Origin: Eledone cirrhosa
Taxonomy: Eukaryota
Length of the DNA stretch: 64,000 bases
Direction of reading: 5' to 3'
Assembly: GCA_964016885.1 (NCBI GenBank)
Contig: OZ024740.1
Location: forward strand, 284,270,001-284,334,000
This document shows positions 11,065-24,868 of this stretch, in pieces. Both the position numbers and the translations under genes were made by a program. Positions within the stretch are counted from its first letter, which is position 1. Each line of letters begins with the position of its first letter. The notes below the pieces were generated by a model. That model saw nothing but the letters and a program-made list of their open reading frames with translations, was not told the origin of the DNA and ran no database searches.

Positions 11065-14000
11065 ATTTTTTTTTTTTTTTATAATTAAACATAATTTATT
11101 ATTGTACAAAATATAATTTAGAGATATATCAGATGAAAGAATGGTATTTAATTAATGTATTGGTACGCGATGGGGCCCACCCACAGCCCCGGCGGACAGA
11201 ATGGAGAAGGCGTTTGCCCGGAGGATGGCAAGGGAGACGCGCTGGAAAAGCCACTCCAACTCGCGGGGCTCACACCTGCGGCTGGCCAGCTCAGCGCCTA
11301 TGGTGGTGAGTAAGGAGGTAGTCCTGGGGCCGAGGACACCAGAAGTCTCCACTGCCAGAGGAATGACCACAAACCTGTCGGAGAGCGACCGGTATTTGAG
11401 GAGTTTGACCCCCTCAGCCCGACGTGCAGCAGAACCTGGGTCAGTCGCAGACTACACCAGGTTGCGGCTGCAGAAAGTGTCGGTGCAAGTAGCATCCCAG
11501 ACAAGGGGTTTGCCACCGCCAGACGGGAAGATGGTCATGCCATCTGGCCTTTTGCCGTCCCCTCAATCCAGCCCCACCAGGTTGAGCTGGAAAGGGAAGC
11601 CTGCAGCATCCAAGCCATGCTTAATGACCTCGTTGAGGGCAGCATGGTGTGGAATGCGGCCGGCACTGTGGCGACAGGAAAGCGGGTGGAGGCCGAAAGA
11701 GTCCATGGTGGAACCGCAGCAACATTGGTGTGGCTGGCAGATCCGGAGGCCGAGCCCCAGGGAAACGCCGATTCGCAGGCTATGGTTGTCTAGCTGCGTG
11801 CCAGTGGAGAAGGAGGGCAGGGCATGGAGCCAGGCTCCACTGTGGGGTTTGGAGGCCACACGAAAACAAGCAAGGCGGTGCTGGTCAAGCTGGCGCGTGA
11901 GCCTGTCTGAGGCCAGGTTGCACTGGATGGCATCCCAAGTGCGTTGGGGGGACTTGACGTCAACAGGGGGAGAAGGAGGAGGGATGCCTACTGGGCTGAG
12001 TCCCAGCCGGTCCCACGTCTCACGGGCGGCCTCATGTTCAGGCAGCACGAAGTTACTGACGAAAGATACGCCGGCAAAGCTAGTGAGATCGGGGACCGGA
12101 GGCCAAGGCCGCCATACCTGACCGGTAAAGTGGCCTGTTGCCACCCTATGTTGTCAAACTTGACGTTGCATATCCTCTCGGATGCTGCTCGGATACAAGT
12201 ATCGAGGTCAGCGAGGAGAGATGTCTGGGTGTAGCATGGAGCGCTGTGGAGTGTATAGAGGAGCTTCGGCATGGCGAAGCAGTTCCTCAGCAGAAAGAGA
12301 GCTGGGTGGCCGTCAATCAAGCCCAGTCGGTGAGAGTCTGGAACTGTTGAAGCCTGGATCTGATGGTAGAGCAGATGGCCGGCGGGTGGATCGGTGACCC
12401 GAGGATGTGGACATCCTCTTTGGGGGTCACCTGAACCTGGCAGAGAATGGACCGCACGTCCAAGACGGAGGCTGCAAAGCTCGCAGCATCGAGGCTGATG
12501 TTGACCACCTCCGACTTGGCCGAGTTGACCTGGAGGCTGATTCCCGCCAACGCAGGAATCACCGATTGAAGGTCATGGCAGACCGTCCGTACGGGCCCGC
12601 CCAACATAGCATCATCCATATACTAAACGTTGAGAGGGGCTCTGATACTCCGGGCGATGTCGTCAATACCAAGGGTGAACAGGAGGGGTCCCAAAGGGTC
12701 GCCCTGTTGGACCCCAGTAGCCGAGGGTATGACCGTATCAGCAGCTAGGAGCATGCTCGGGGCTCCATATGACAGGTAGGCCAGCGGGTAGGCAGAGGGG
12801 GCTCGGCTGAGGCAGGCCTCGAGCAGATGATCCCGGCGTAAAGAGTTAAAGGCATTCCTCATGTCAAGCTTGACAATGAGGTGCCTGGAGTCCCTGGATG
12901 CCGGTACCGATGGGCAGCTGCTGAAGAACTGCCTGATTGCATGAGCGGCTCCCTCACAGCCACCGGACATGCCGACACCCAATTGCACCGGACTAAACTC
13001 CTCACCCAGTTCGTGTGTAACGGACTTGCAGATCACCTTGGCAGCCAGCCTCCGGAAGACATTGCCCAGAGCAATGGGGCGTATGCCACTGTCTTTCTTC
13101 CTGAGAGCGGTGAGGCTGGCCGAAAAAAAGAGGCCTCGGGCGTAAGGGTCGAGGGCACCATGAATGAGCCTATTGGTGAGTGCCACAATTGCACTCAGAA
13201 AGTGGTGCCTGGCCTCAGTGGAGAGGCGGGGATGTCGACTCCTTGAGGTGGCCTAGTTGGAGACCATCAACACCTCCGCAGCTGCTAGCTGGGAAGGACC
13301 TGATGGCGGACAGGAAATCTACATCAGTAGCCACAAGGAGCAAGTGGGGGTCGGGTGGGGGTATGGGTCTTAGATCAATGGGTGGCTCAGGGTGTTTGAG
13401 CCGCAGAGCAGCCAGGACCTCCTCGGTGAGTTGGAGGACAGTGTCCTCTGAGGCAACAACTCTGACTGCGGCCGAGACATCACCCATGATAAACTTTGCG
13501 TTTACCTGGTCACGCAAACGCTTGGCGCTGGCCTCGGGGGGTGGAGGATAGGGGGTATCTGAGGGTGGGGTGTGTGGCGACCCTGGGCATGCTATGGAAT
13601 GGGCGCTCGCCCAAATGACGAGACATTGGCCTTGACGACGGCTGCTGTTAACCGGCCGCCCTGGTCAGCGCCAGATCTTGGGAGGCCGAGGGCGAGTGGG
13701 GCGAAATAGAACAGCTGCTCCCAGTCACTGGCTCGATTGGAGTCCAGGGCGCTCTCAATCGAGGAAGCGAGAGCATCGGCTACCGGCACCTGTGTTGCCC
13801 TCGGGATCCTGAGTGGGATCTTCCGGAGCCGCCTGGGCCGAGCGATGTTGACCAGCGAGGCTCGGGCGTCAGGCAAGCTCGCTGTCCCATCTGGTGGTGT
13901 GCCAGGTGGCCGTGGCTGGGAAGATGTGGGGAAGAGGCAGCTCCTGCACCTCCACGCTGTGAGGGCATTGGAAGCTCGATGAGTCAAGCCAACGCAGGTG

Positions 14001-14400
14001 AGGTGGTGGAAGCAGCCGCACCCCAAACAGTTCCGGCCCCTCTTCCGTTTGTTAGTGCTGCTGCAAGTGCTGCAGGTGTCAATTTAGAGGGGTGGGGGAT
14101 GGGGCGTGGGGTCGGGGACTGGGGCACTGAGCGGTATCAGGGGTGAGTGGCTGGCGTTTGTGGGTGGAAGGGAAAGTGCTGGTAAGAGGGCCGCATAGCT
14201 CACCTATATATATGGAGGTGCCAGAAAACGAGAGCGAAAAGGGACTGCAAGGAGGGGGAGACACAGGAAGGTAGAATGGCAGTAAATGAATGAGTGAATG
14301 GATGGATGTACACAAAAAAAAGGGATTGTTCTCAGCGGAAAGACCCAGAGTTCAGCACGCACACATGCGAGCAACTGAGCAGTTTCTCATAGGACCTAGT
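11065..14400 (-). mobile_element. CRE-clade non-LTR retrotransposon, apparently full length
   Basis: GC-rich island with a poly(A) tail (T run 11065-11079), one long disrupted ORF and a C-rich 5' UTR; 5' boundary approximate. Confidence 0.88.
11152..14083 (-). pseudogene. CRE ORF: PHD finger - RT - CCHC knuckle - restriction-like endonuclease
   Basis: GIRPIALGNVFRRLAAK, KLDMRNAFNSL, GVQQGDPLGPLLF, NV*YMDD, LPVRYGGLGL, CCCG..DSFGLHPLSC, RPDGMT..WDAT..KY..PLAVETSGVLG, FQRVSLAILRANA; several stops and frameshifts. Confidence 0.9.
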
Positions 14401-15046
14401 GGCTGGTGGTGAGTCACTGTTGTTGTCGTTGCCTTCCTCTTGTTAATGGTGAAGATATAGTGTGAAATACAAAATCCAGCAGCAGACAATTATATAAAAT
14501 AAAATATCCAGAAATAAAAATCAACATTTCTGTCTGGGATATAAAGATTTGTTTTACATTTTCACAAACATTATAACGATATTCTCAATGGATGCGCTTA
14601 CAATATTTGAATATAACTGAACCGTCGTGTCATTTAATTTAAAAAGTGGAGCAAAGTAAAAGGAGAATAGTCAATTTGGAGTGTCAATCCCTTGTGATTT
14701 TTTTTTTTTTTTCAATAACGGACTTACAGTTTTCCAGGATTTATACACACTTTTTTTTTTTTTTTCCTTCATAAGGATGGAGGCGTTTTATCTCCTCATG
14801 AAACTGACATTACTTAATGATGTTCGTCATTTATGGCTTATTCATATGTATTATTTCATATGTACTGGGTAATTGCTGGCCTTGTGCCTGAAGTAGAAAC
14901 GATTATTTCATAACTCTATAGAACTTTTAGAATGTTTGTGCAGTGTTCTGATCCAGCCAGGTTTGTACAACGGGTGAGAAAAATGATGATTTGGTGACAG
15001 TTTGTAAAATAACAAGTATACTACAGAGCCATAATACAATGTACAA

Positions 15047-15086
15047 TGTATATATATATATATATATATATATTTATGTATATTTA

Positions 15087-15122
<36 letters not shown>

Positions 15123-15299
15123 AATATACACACACACATACATATATATATATATACACACACACACACATATATATACATATACACACACACACACATA
15201 TATATACATATACACACACACACACATATATATACATATACACACACACACACACACATATACATATACACACACACACATATACATATACACACACAC

Positions 15300-15339
<40 letters not shown>

Positions 15340-15461
15340 GTGTGTGTATATTTATATATATATATATACATATATACACACACACACACATATATATATA
15401 TATACACACACACACACATATATACACACACACACACATATATATATACACACACACACAC

Positions 15462-15512
<51 letters not shown>

Positions 15513-15520
15513 CACACACA

Positions 15521-15566
<46 letters not shown>
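15047..15566. repeat. compound (TA)/(CA)/(TG) microsatellite
   Basis: Directly visible; CA-to-TG polarity switch at about 15302. Confidence 0.95.
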
Positions 15567-15604
15567 CGATATTAATAAATGGAAACTATATTTATAAAAC
15601 CATA

Positions 15605-15673
15605 TTTATTTCATTATACATATTTCAAGGACACCAAGTTAAATTATGGTGTGCTTTCATCAGATAAAATATA
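15605..15673 (-). ncRNA. type I hammerhead ribozyme motif
   Basis: tattttat CTGATGA aagcacacca-loop-tggtgtcctt GAAA tatgta TA atgaaata: stems I and II plus a minimal stem III. Confidence 0.75.
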
Positions 15674-15726
15674 ATAAAGAGCAGTTTTATAAATAAATAT
15701 TGACATACCCTTAAAGAATGCAACCA

Positions 15727-15846
15727 TTACTGTTGGAAGCTCCAATTATTTGTTGAGTGCTTTATATTACTGTTGGAAGCTCCAATTATTTGTTGAGTGC
15801 TTTATATTACTGTTGGAAACTCCAATTATTTGTTGAGTGCTTTATA
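15727..15846 (+). repeat. 39-bp tandem repeat x3
   Basis: TTACTGTTGGAAGCTCCAATTATTTGTTGAGTGCTTTATA-like unit three times. Confidence 0.9.
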
Positions 15847-15898
15847 TCAGTTATAAAAATATTTGCTTGTTGTATCCCAACAATTTAAATAGAACTTC

Positions 15899-15943
<45 letters not shown>

Positions 15944-18275
15944 AACTGTCTGTTATCTACCTACCTATTTGTCTACATATCTCTCAATCTATCAATCTAT
16001 CTCTTTTATTTCCCTATCAGTCAATTTAACTATCTACCTGCCTGACTATCTATGGACAAGAACAATAACAAACCATAACAATTCCAATAGCTGTCTGAAG
16101 ACAGACAGAGACATAGGCAAAAGAGTCATCATAATTTAGTAGATATACGTTTGATAAGGACTAAAGAAAATATGGTAGAAAATTATTGACTGATTTAAAT
16201 GAATGTAAAATAAAATACATAAATGGCAGGAATAGCAAGAGGAAGAAAGTCAAGAAAAACTCAAGGCTTCACGCATCTTTACATAGAATATTGTAATCTA
16301 AGAATTATTAAATTAAATATCTTTTTGATAGGTAGAAACTTTTATATATATATGTAATGTACACTGGAATGAAAGGTATCAACCTTAATAAACCCAAACC
16401 ATAGTAATTTCCAGAGGTTGGCTGAGGAGATGGGATTCTCCATCTTCCCATTGATTTTTCATTGTCTTTGTCCTGTGAGCCCCCTATTTTGGATTCATAT
16501 TCTAAAGACTTTTTTTTAAACTATCATATAATAGGCATCACAACACCTGGTCTGACTTACTCTATTCTCCCTTTTTAATTTTTCTACACCTCAGTGTCAT
16601 TTTTCTTTGTCTGCACATTGGACTGCAGTTCATATTATTTTCTTGTGTTACTATTTCTCTCCTTTCTATGTTTCTTGTTCTCCTTTGGCTAAGCCCTCGC
16701 ACACTATTCTTTCCCGTCTTTGTCACTTGATGTACTTGGGATACTTTTTAATCTATATTTGTGTAATTCTCCTAAAGGCATAACTTGTCCTGTCTTTGTC
16801 CCTACCTGTTTTATTTATGTCCCAATGTGCACTAGAATAAATGGTATCAACTTTAATGCACCAAATCCAACTGAGACGGGACTGTCCGTCTTTCTGTTGT
16901 TTTTCCATTGTGAATTTATACACACACACACACACACAAACATATATATAATTTCTAAATTTTTCCAGGTTTTGTGTCTATTACATAGTATGTAATGTTT
17001 GATAACTCTTCATGTAGTAATTGAAGTGATGATACAATAGGTAGATTTAAGTTCAACACTACAGGCAAACAAAACACTTTTCAATTATGCACTGTTTCTG
17101 CAGCTTAGAGAGATGATACATACTTCACCATAGTCTCTCTTTACATTCATTCAGATTGAGTGTTAAATGATTCTGCTGAAAACATCATTCAGTGTTGGTG
17201 GCAGACTTGAAAACTGAACCTTAATTTGGCAAGCCCTCACTATCCTGACTTAGGTAACAGTAACAGCTTTATACCTGTGATATCATATACACACAGACAC
17301 GTGTAATAAAATGAATGTGCCATCTGGTTTGACACTAGCACCAAGCCTCTGGATGATTTTAGCAGAGTCCACTCTGTTGCAAGCTCTCAAACCAGGTACC
17401 CAGTCTGAGGATATGTAGATATCTATATATCCTGTTTTCCATTAGTCATAGTTTCCTTATCTTTATTCTCCACAACAGTCTTAAATGGCTTGCATAAAGT
17501 TTATTGACTTTGCCCTTCATTATCTGACCAAGCCATAAAAAAATTGTATACACACATACACACCTTTTCATTTATTTCAAATAATTAATAAACACATTTT
17601 CTAACATTTAAAAAAATACACTAATGCAGACTTTATTGGTTTCAAGTCCAATCAAGTCATGTCAATCTGGAGATATAAGCATTAAAATGAAATTAAAATA
17701 ACATTATTTTAATATGCCCTCTCCATCAGATTTTATCCTTGTATCCATCATTTGAAAAAAAAATATAACAGGCAAATAAAAATAGAATTATTTCAAATGT
17801 TTGAATGTCAGTCTTTCTATTGACCTCTTTTATTGAAACCTAGGATTTTGCTTGCCATCCTGATAAAGATAGAACAGCTGCTTATTGACTGAACACAGCC
17901 CCAAAAATCAATATATACAACAAAGTCAATATTACATACAAAACTAGAGTATAACACTTAACTGCATGGCTGTTATAAAGAGAAGGAAGTCATGAAGGCA
18001 AGCATTTAGACAAATTTCATTGAAAGACACATTAAAGCAACTTCTCTCTAGTAGTAATAGTAATAATGATTTTTACTTTAGACACAAGGCCAGTAATATT
18101 AAATCGATCCCAGTACTTCACTGCTATTTTATTTTATTGACCATGGAAGGAAGAAAGACAAAGTTGACCACAAAGAGGTTTGAACTGAGAATGTAACCAA
18201 ACAGCAGTAACCAAATACTACAAAAAATTTAGTCCAGCTTTCTAATGATTCTGCTAATTAATTATAATAAAACAT

Positions 18276-18728
18276 ACATACATACAGACAGACAGAGAGA
18301 TCAAAGCCAACCAACCAGATATTATAGTCAAAGATCACAAAGAAAAAAATACGTCTTTTAATAGATGTATCTATTGTCACAGACGACAATATATCTTCCA
18401 AGGAAATAGAGAAACTCTCCAAATATAAAGATCTAGAGATCGAAATAACTCGAATGTAAAAAATGAAAACAGAAACAATACCTATATTAATAGGTGCTCT
18501 AGGAATGATAAAAACACAGACAAATACATAGCCAAAACCCCAGGACTTACAAATATATACAGCTTACAAAAGATAGCACTACTATGTACTGCACACATGA
18601 AAAGTACTATCAATACAATAGAAACATCAGCAAAAACTACACTGCTCATACCCAAGGCACACAGAGCTGTGCTCGGTAAAGCAGTAATGATGCACAATAA
18701 AAATAATAGCAGAAATAATAATAATAAT
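18276..18728 (+). mobile_element. R4/Dong-clade LINE 3' fragment (restriction-like endonuclease)
   Basis: Translates TDREIKANQPDIIVKD..LIDVSI..EIEKLSKYKDLEIEITRM..TIPILIGALG..LQKIALLCTAH; (TAA)n tail. Confidence 0.8.
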
Positions 18729-19105
18729 TGTTTCTACTTTGGGCACATTTGGGAAATTACCCCAGTGTGTTACTGGTACTTTATTTTATCAACCTCGTAA
18801 GGATGAAAGACAAAGTTAACCTTGGTGGGATTTGAACTCAGAATATAAAATGCCATAACTCTATGCTGCAAAGTATGGCATCTGATGCTCTACCAATACA
18901 ATAATGGTTTCTAATTAAAGCGCAAGGCCAGCAATTTTGGAGGAATGGGAAAGTTGATTATATCAAACTCAGTATTTATTTTATCGACCTCAGAAGTATG
19001 AAAGGAAAAAGTTGACCTCAATAGAATTTGAACTCAGAATGCAAAGGCTTGCCAATGACTAAATACTGCAAGGTATGTTTTTATGCATAAATGATTCTGT
19101 CAATC
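18725..19105 (-). mobile_element. two tandem Nin-domain SINE copies
   Basis: Two cores (TACTTTATTTTATCAACCTCGTAAGGATGAAAG-like) each with a B box; a more decayed copy lies at about 18070-18260. Confidence 0.7.
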
Positions 19106-19145
19106 CATGTAACAGAAAACAATCTGTCTTTTATAGAAATAGAGC

Positions 19146-20697
19146 AATCATCATCAACATCATGGTTTAATGTCCATTTTCCATACTAGCATGGGTGAGA
19201 CAAGTTGTCCTGTTGTGAAACAGCCATGTTGGATGACCATGTCTTGCTCACACAGAACTGATTTTGGTTTGGTTTCTACAGCTGGATGCCCTTCCTAATG
19301 CTAACCACATTTACAATGTGTACTGAGTGCTTTTTGCCGTGGTACCCACACAGCCATTTTACAGTCTGGACTGATTGTTTTTTGTTGTGATACCTACACA
19401 AGCACTTTACAGTGTGGGCTGGATGATCTTTGTCATGGCACGAAGATGAGAACTTTATAGTGTAGAATGGGGACTTGGATGGAGAGGTGGATGGGGATTG
19501 GCAAGGTAGATATAGGCATGGGGTGTTAAGATGTGGGTGAGGTGTTAGGACGTGTGTGGGGTGTTCAGACATGGGTGGGGTGTTACAAAAGGGGCGGTGT
19601 ATGGGAGGGTTGGTGGAAGTGAAGGTGGCGTATACTAATGTATGCCTCAACTCCTGTATATAGGAAGGCAAGTCTTCTGTATTACTGCATAACACTAGAG
19701 ATCACGGTCCTGTGTCATTGCCTTTGAGAGGTGCAGTTGTGCAAGGTCAGCTTCATCCCAATTCTTCCTGAGCCTTCCATCAACTTTAAGCAGTCTAAAC
19801 CTTTTTTTACAGCTGTCATCCTTCACATGCTCATACCAATGCAATCTCCCATCCTGAACACTGCATCTGATCCCTCTTTCGCCCAATTTCTTTCTCAGTT
19901 CATTTATGCTTTACCGTTGATGTATATTACTATTACACATCCATCAGAGCATGGAAGCTTTATTTCTTTCCAGTTTTCGCAGGTCCTCTACACACAGTGC
20001 CCAAGTTTCACTACCATGCACTACATGCATCATACAATCTGCCCTTCTTTTGAAAGAAAACCTTTTGAAGTTAGCTGTGGTAGTAACACCTTGAACTTTC
20101 ATCAACCCGTTCTTATTTTGGCTACTGTGCTTTCAGAACACCCTCCTCCACTGTCACTCAGGTAACAGAAACTATCTACTACTTATACAGAGCCCTCTGA
20201 GCATTTGAAAGAACTTGTATCCTGTGAACTCTTGCTACTTACTGCACCTGTGCATTGGACACAAGTAAAATCTACATTCTTTGCTAGCTTCTCTGAGATC
20301 CCACTACATCTCTTGTGTACAACTAGTCCTCATTTCGGACATAGGATGGAATTTCTACCTACTTCTTTTCTGCACACTGAGCAAAGCCATTTCCCTGAGG
20401 GAATCTGGGCCCTGTTTTCCTTTCTACATACTAGGACTTAGGCCTTTGACAAGTTAACTTTAAGACTTTTTGATTCTATGCCATGCTTCCAGATTTGGAA
20501 TTTCTTCTCTAATTCTGCCAAAGGAGTAGGTCATCTGCACCCAGGAGTTCCCAAGGGCAGCCAGTCTTAAACTCCTCTGTTATAGCCTGCAGGATGATAA
20601 TAAACAGGAGAGGGCTAAGAACTTAGCCTTGATGGACACCAGCCTGCATACTAAATTCTTTGCTATAGTCATTGTTAATTCTGACCTTGCTGACTAT
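19146..20697 (-). mobile_element. 5'-truncated, degraded RTE LINE with long 3' UTR
   Basis: Remnants of GVHQG..LSPLLFIIILQAITEEFKTGCPWELL.ADDL, the PHD-like finger and DRDL; (GAT)n-like tail at 19146-19165. Confidence 0.8.
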
Positions 20698-22779
20698 GGT
20701 CTCCAGACCTGAACTGTCTCATAACGCGACAACTCATCCAACCCATGCAAGCTTAGAAAATGGACATTAAACGATGATGATGATGATGATGTTGATGATA
20801 TATACTTCAATGAAAACAGAAGGCCAGATTCCAAATATTCTTTCAATGTTGCAAAAATTGCAATATGTATTTCTATGCCCTGCTTCCATCATCAGATCAT
20901 GATATAAGACTTCTGGCAATGCCATCAGGTGTAAATTGCAAAGATAAAGTAATCAACTCCTGGGTTTCCACAAACATAAACAAAGAACAGAATTGAATTG
21001 GAGATGGCATGCCATCTAATACCACTGCTATGATGAGTCACACAGGATGGTGTACTGTCTCTGAATCTATTCGATATTCTAGATATATTTGAGTACATTA
21101 TCCAATGTGTCCTTTAGACAATTTATTTAGACAATATATCGGTGTAAGAATGGCATTGTGGTTTTAGAAGTTTGCTTTACAGGTACATGGTTTCAGGTTT
21201 GATTCCATCTTGTTGAAGATTAGAACCATTCTGACTTTATTCATTGCCTGGTTTACAACCATTGCCTGGCCCTTCAGAACCTTTATCAGGGTCCACTCTG
21301 TGGCAAACATTCAAGCGATGTCTCCAGTCTGAACGTAACTTCCTCCCACCAGTGTTGGAGATCCTGAAAAGAATCATTAGTATTTCCCTTCTTTTTTGAC
21401 CAAGAAAAAAAAATAAATAAAAGAAATGTTTTTTTTTATCGGATGGTATAGTTTAATTCGAAGGGGTTTGTCTGCTAATTCTAACAAGTCAAAAGCTATG
21501 TAGTGTGGTTAGTTCAGCCAAGTGTTTCCAACACAAATATAACAACTCCTAAAGTAACAGCAACTATATCTAACAATGTGTGAGCTTTTACATAGTTACT
21601 AAAAATGTTAGAAATAGCTGTCAAATTCATATTACACCTTCCTGTTTTAAAAAAGGAAGGATATACTGGGTAATGTAGTTGTAATTATAGTTATAAAAAA
21701 AAAAAAAGAGAATATAGTCATGGCTGGAATAGTTTGGTTGATCAGAGCTTGTCTGAGGCTAAACAGATGAAATGACTATGCAGTCACTCCATCAGTAATA
21801 GAAGCCAATCTCCATCAAATACAAGGTCAATTGGTCAATTTAGTTGTAGTGATTAGTTTAGCTGTTATTATCAACCAATATATAAAAAACACTTCGATAT
21901 GCGATAAACATAACATTTACATAAATTGTAGCACATATAGAAAGAGATGTATGTTTTGATAGTTTGGGGAGAAAAATGTAATCATTGGGGGAGCCATGGC
22001 CTCCCTGACTCCCCCTGTTCCATTGCCCCTGAATACCATATTAAAAAAGAAGGATAATGTGTTCCTGGGTGAACTGTACATGTGAATAAGATAAAACAGT
22101 CACAGCTGGTGTAATTTTAATCATAGGTCTGCTCAATAAAACAGACTTATGCCTAAACAACAACAACAGTATCAATTTGAATTGTGAACAAAGCAAACTA
22201 GATCTGTTGCATTACATTGGCAAGAATCCTGAATATGGTGGGTATCATGAATAGTCCACAGTGAATCCTGTCTATATTATCATTCTTTGCCAATCAGAAC
22301 ATTTCTCAGCTGCGTTATGATAGTTTTTCATTTGTAATAACTGGATAAAGATTCACGTATGGCAGACAATTCACAGGCAGAAAACTAGATCAACTACTGC
22401 AATCGATGGAACTAATGCAGCTTTTGTATGATATGAATACAAATTTTCACAGGCAATAGTGTCAGTGTTATTAAATAGTGTCCTATTTATGGATAGAAAC
22501 CACTGTGGGAGTGGAGGGATTATTTCACAATTGATTGAAATAGATTCAATCTAATATAAAAGAACTTTCATTAATAGAAATAAATAGCTAAAGAGCAAAA
22601 AATGATTCACTTAAATTTATTAGACTATCGTCCCTATTTTTTTATTTTTACCTGCAATTATATTTTTATTGGTATATTCTTTGGCAATCTTCAGTTGTAT
22701 TTCTAACTATATCAGAGACGTTTCCAATTAAAATGTAATGTAGATAGAAACACAAAAGACAAGGTTAATAATCTGATAT

Positions 22780-22862
22780 GCCCATACGGGGTCGATAAAA
22801 TAAAGTACCAGTAATGTACTGGGTAATTGCTGGCCTTGTGCCAAAAGTAGAAACAATTATTT
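22780..22862 (+). mobile_element. Nin-SINE 3' half
   Basis: TACGGGGTCGATAAAATAAAGTACCAG...GTAGAAACAATTA. Confidence 0.7.
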
Positions 22863-23704
22863 TTATATAAAAACCCATTTCATAAATATAGACAAGTAGC
22901 AAGAGGTTTTGTTCTTAATCTACCCATATGTATTATCATACACAAACTAGTCATACAAAACTTAAAACCTCATTCAGGATACCATTGACTAATTTTGGTA
23001 CAACAAAAGAAAAAGAAATTTGTGGTTAAAACATTATTTATTTTCATTTTAGTCAAATTACATAACCATATTTATGCAGCTGTTTTAAGAAATTTAGATT
23101 AGATTGAATTTCAACTGTTTATTCTGAAGTCAGCACTAGTTAGTACCTTCACTTACCTATATTTCTGATTAATATACTAACTCTCCAAACCCTTTTATCC
23201 ACCTTTTCACCTTTATACTTAACTTTTAACCAGCTGTAAGTATCTTTACCTTCATTGGATCATCTCAATACTGCCTAATAAAATTAACCATTAGTCACAA
23301 GTATGGTCATGTGGTTAACAAGCTTGCTTCATAATCTCATGGTTCAGAGTTCAGTACCACTACTAATCTCCTTGGGAAGTGTCTTGTACCATTGTCTGAG
23401 GCTGACACAACCTTGCGAGAGAAAATGGAAAGACAGAAATGGTGCAGAAGCTAATTGGATGGAAGACAATCTATTGTCCAGTTCAACATCACCACTTGGC
23501 CCTTGATAGCCTTTAGCAAAGTATGTTCTATTGCAAGCATTCAGATCAGTCATCATTTCCCTTCTTTATTTAGCTCACTAAATTTTAAAGCACAAATATT
23601 TAATCTATTGGTTGAAGAGAACCTGATTAAAGTGTGCTACAATGATGGGCTCTCACAGGAATCTTCTGATCAAAGATATGAAAAATAGCTAAAGCCCATT
23701 TGTG

Positions 23705-24225
23705 GAAATTGAGTTAGTAAATGTTTCTTCTGGAATGGATTTCAACTTCACTGTCACAGTCTGCATGATGACCTCTCAACTCTGAAAGATGTTAGAAGGA
23801 GCCACTTCAGTAAAGTAAGAAACCTGACAAATGAGTGAAATGCCTCTCTTTGCCAATAAACCTTGGATCAGCTGCAACAAATGAGCCAAGGCATTGTCTT
23901 GGTGCAGCTGCCAATTTTGCAAGGCCAACAGATTCAGTTTCTTACACTGAGCTGCATCATGAAGATATCAGAGAACTCCTTGATGTTCTAGTATATTCAT
24001 TGAATATACATGATGCACAAAACATTGGTCATTGAAGAAAACAGTCAGCATCGCCTTCAATTTTGCTCTGCACTTGATGTGCTTTTGGGGGCTTTTACAA
24101 TATTAGATGATTCCACTGTGATGACTGAGCTTTGATTTCTGGTTCATACCTAGACATTCACATCTCATCTTTAGATATTCTGGTATTCAGGAACTCAGGA
24201 TTCTCGTTGACAATATTAGGCAAAA
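23705..24225 (-). pseudogene. old mariner transposase relic
   Basis: NENPEFLNTRISKDE..YEPEIKAQSSQW..KAHQVQSK..MLTVFF..HH..WQLHQDNALAH..SYFTEVAPSN aligns by eye to mariner motifs ITGDETW, HHDNAPAH and YSPDLAP. Confidence 0.7.
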
Positions 24226-24833
24226 TGAAAATGCAATGAATAAACAGTACAACACCTCACACACTAGCTGCTTGATAGTGACTGATTCATTTAGTGAGCT
24301 TGCCAAAAATAGCACATGTACATGAATGTATGCAACTCCATTCTGCACATTTTTGTGTCCCTAACATCAGTACATCCCATAGGAAAAAATGAAACTACAT
24401 ACTTTTACAACAAACCTTGTATACAACTGGCTTTCTTAGTTTCCCTCTACCAAATTCAGTCAGAAGGCATTGGTCAACTTGAAGCTATAGTGGAATAAAC
24501 TTTCTCAAGGTGCTATGTAGTGGGATTGAACCCAAAACCATGTGATTGCAAAACAAACTTCTTAACCACAAAGTCATGTCTGCACCAAATATAATTTTTA
24601 GAATACCAAATACTTAATTCCAAAGAATGAGGACATTAAAAGCAAGCACAGTGACTGAAGGGAAAAAATAGAAAAACGGGGGAAAATTATTGCTATTCTT
24701 AAAACACCTAATGTCAAGCTTTGTTTAAACACAATTCTTTCAAATTATTTTTAGATTTTTTGGAAGTACAATACTATGTAGAGAAGACCAAAGAAATACA
24801 TACATTCTAAACAGATCTCTCTCTCTCTCTCTC

Positions 24834-24862
<29 letters not shown>

Positions 24863-24868
<6 letters not shown>

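Larger units (their letters stand above)
15565..15902. mobile_element. solo PLE pseudo-LTR with inverted 5' half
   Basis: 15565-15720 is a reverse-complement match to about 34770-34930; 15820-15900 matches 34932-35010 directly. Flanked by TA-rich microsatellites. Confidence 0.75.

Noticed and set aside
11201-12121. 306-aa plus-strand ORF
   Set aside because: Antisense shadow of the GC-rich CRE ORF; no recognisable motifs.
15727-15846. 39-bp repeats resembling a CRISPR array
   Set aside because: No spacers, eukaryotic context, and part of a pLTR junction.
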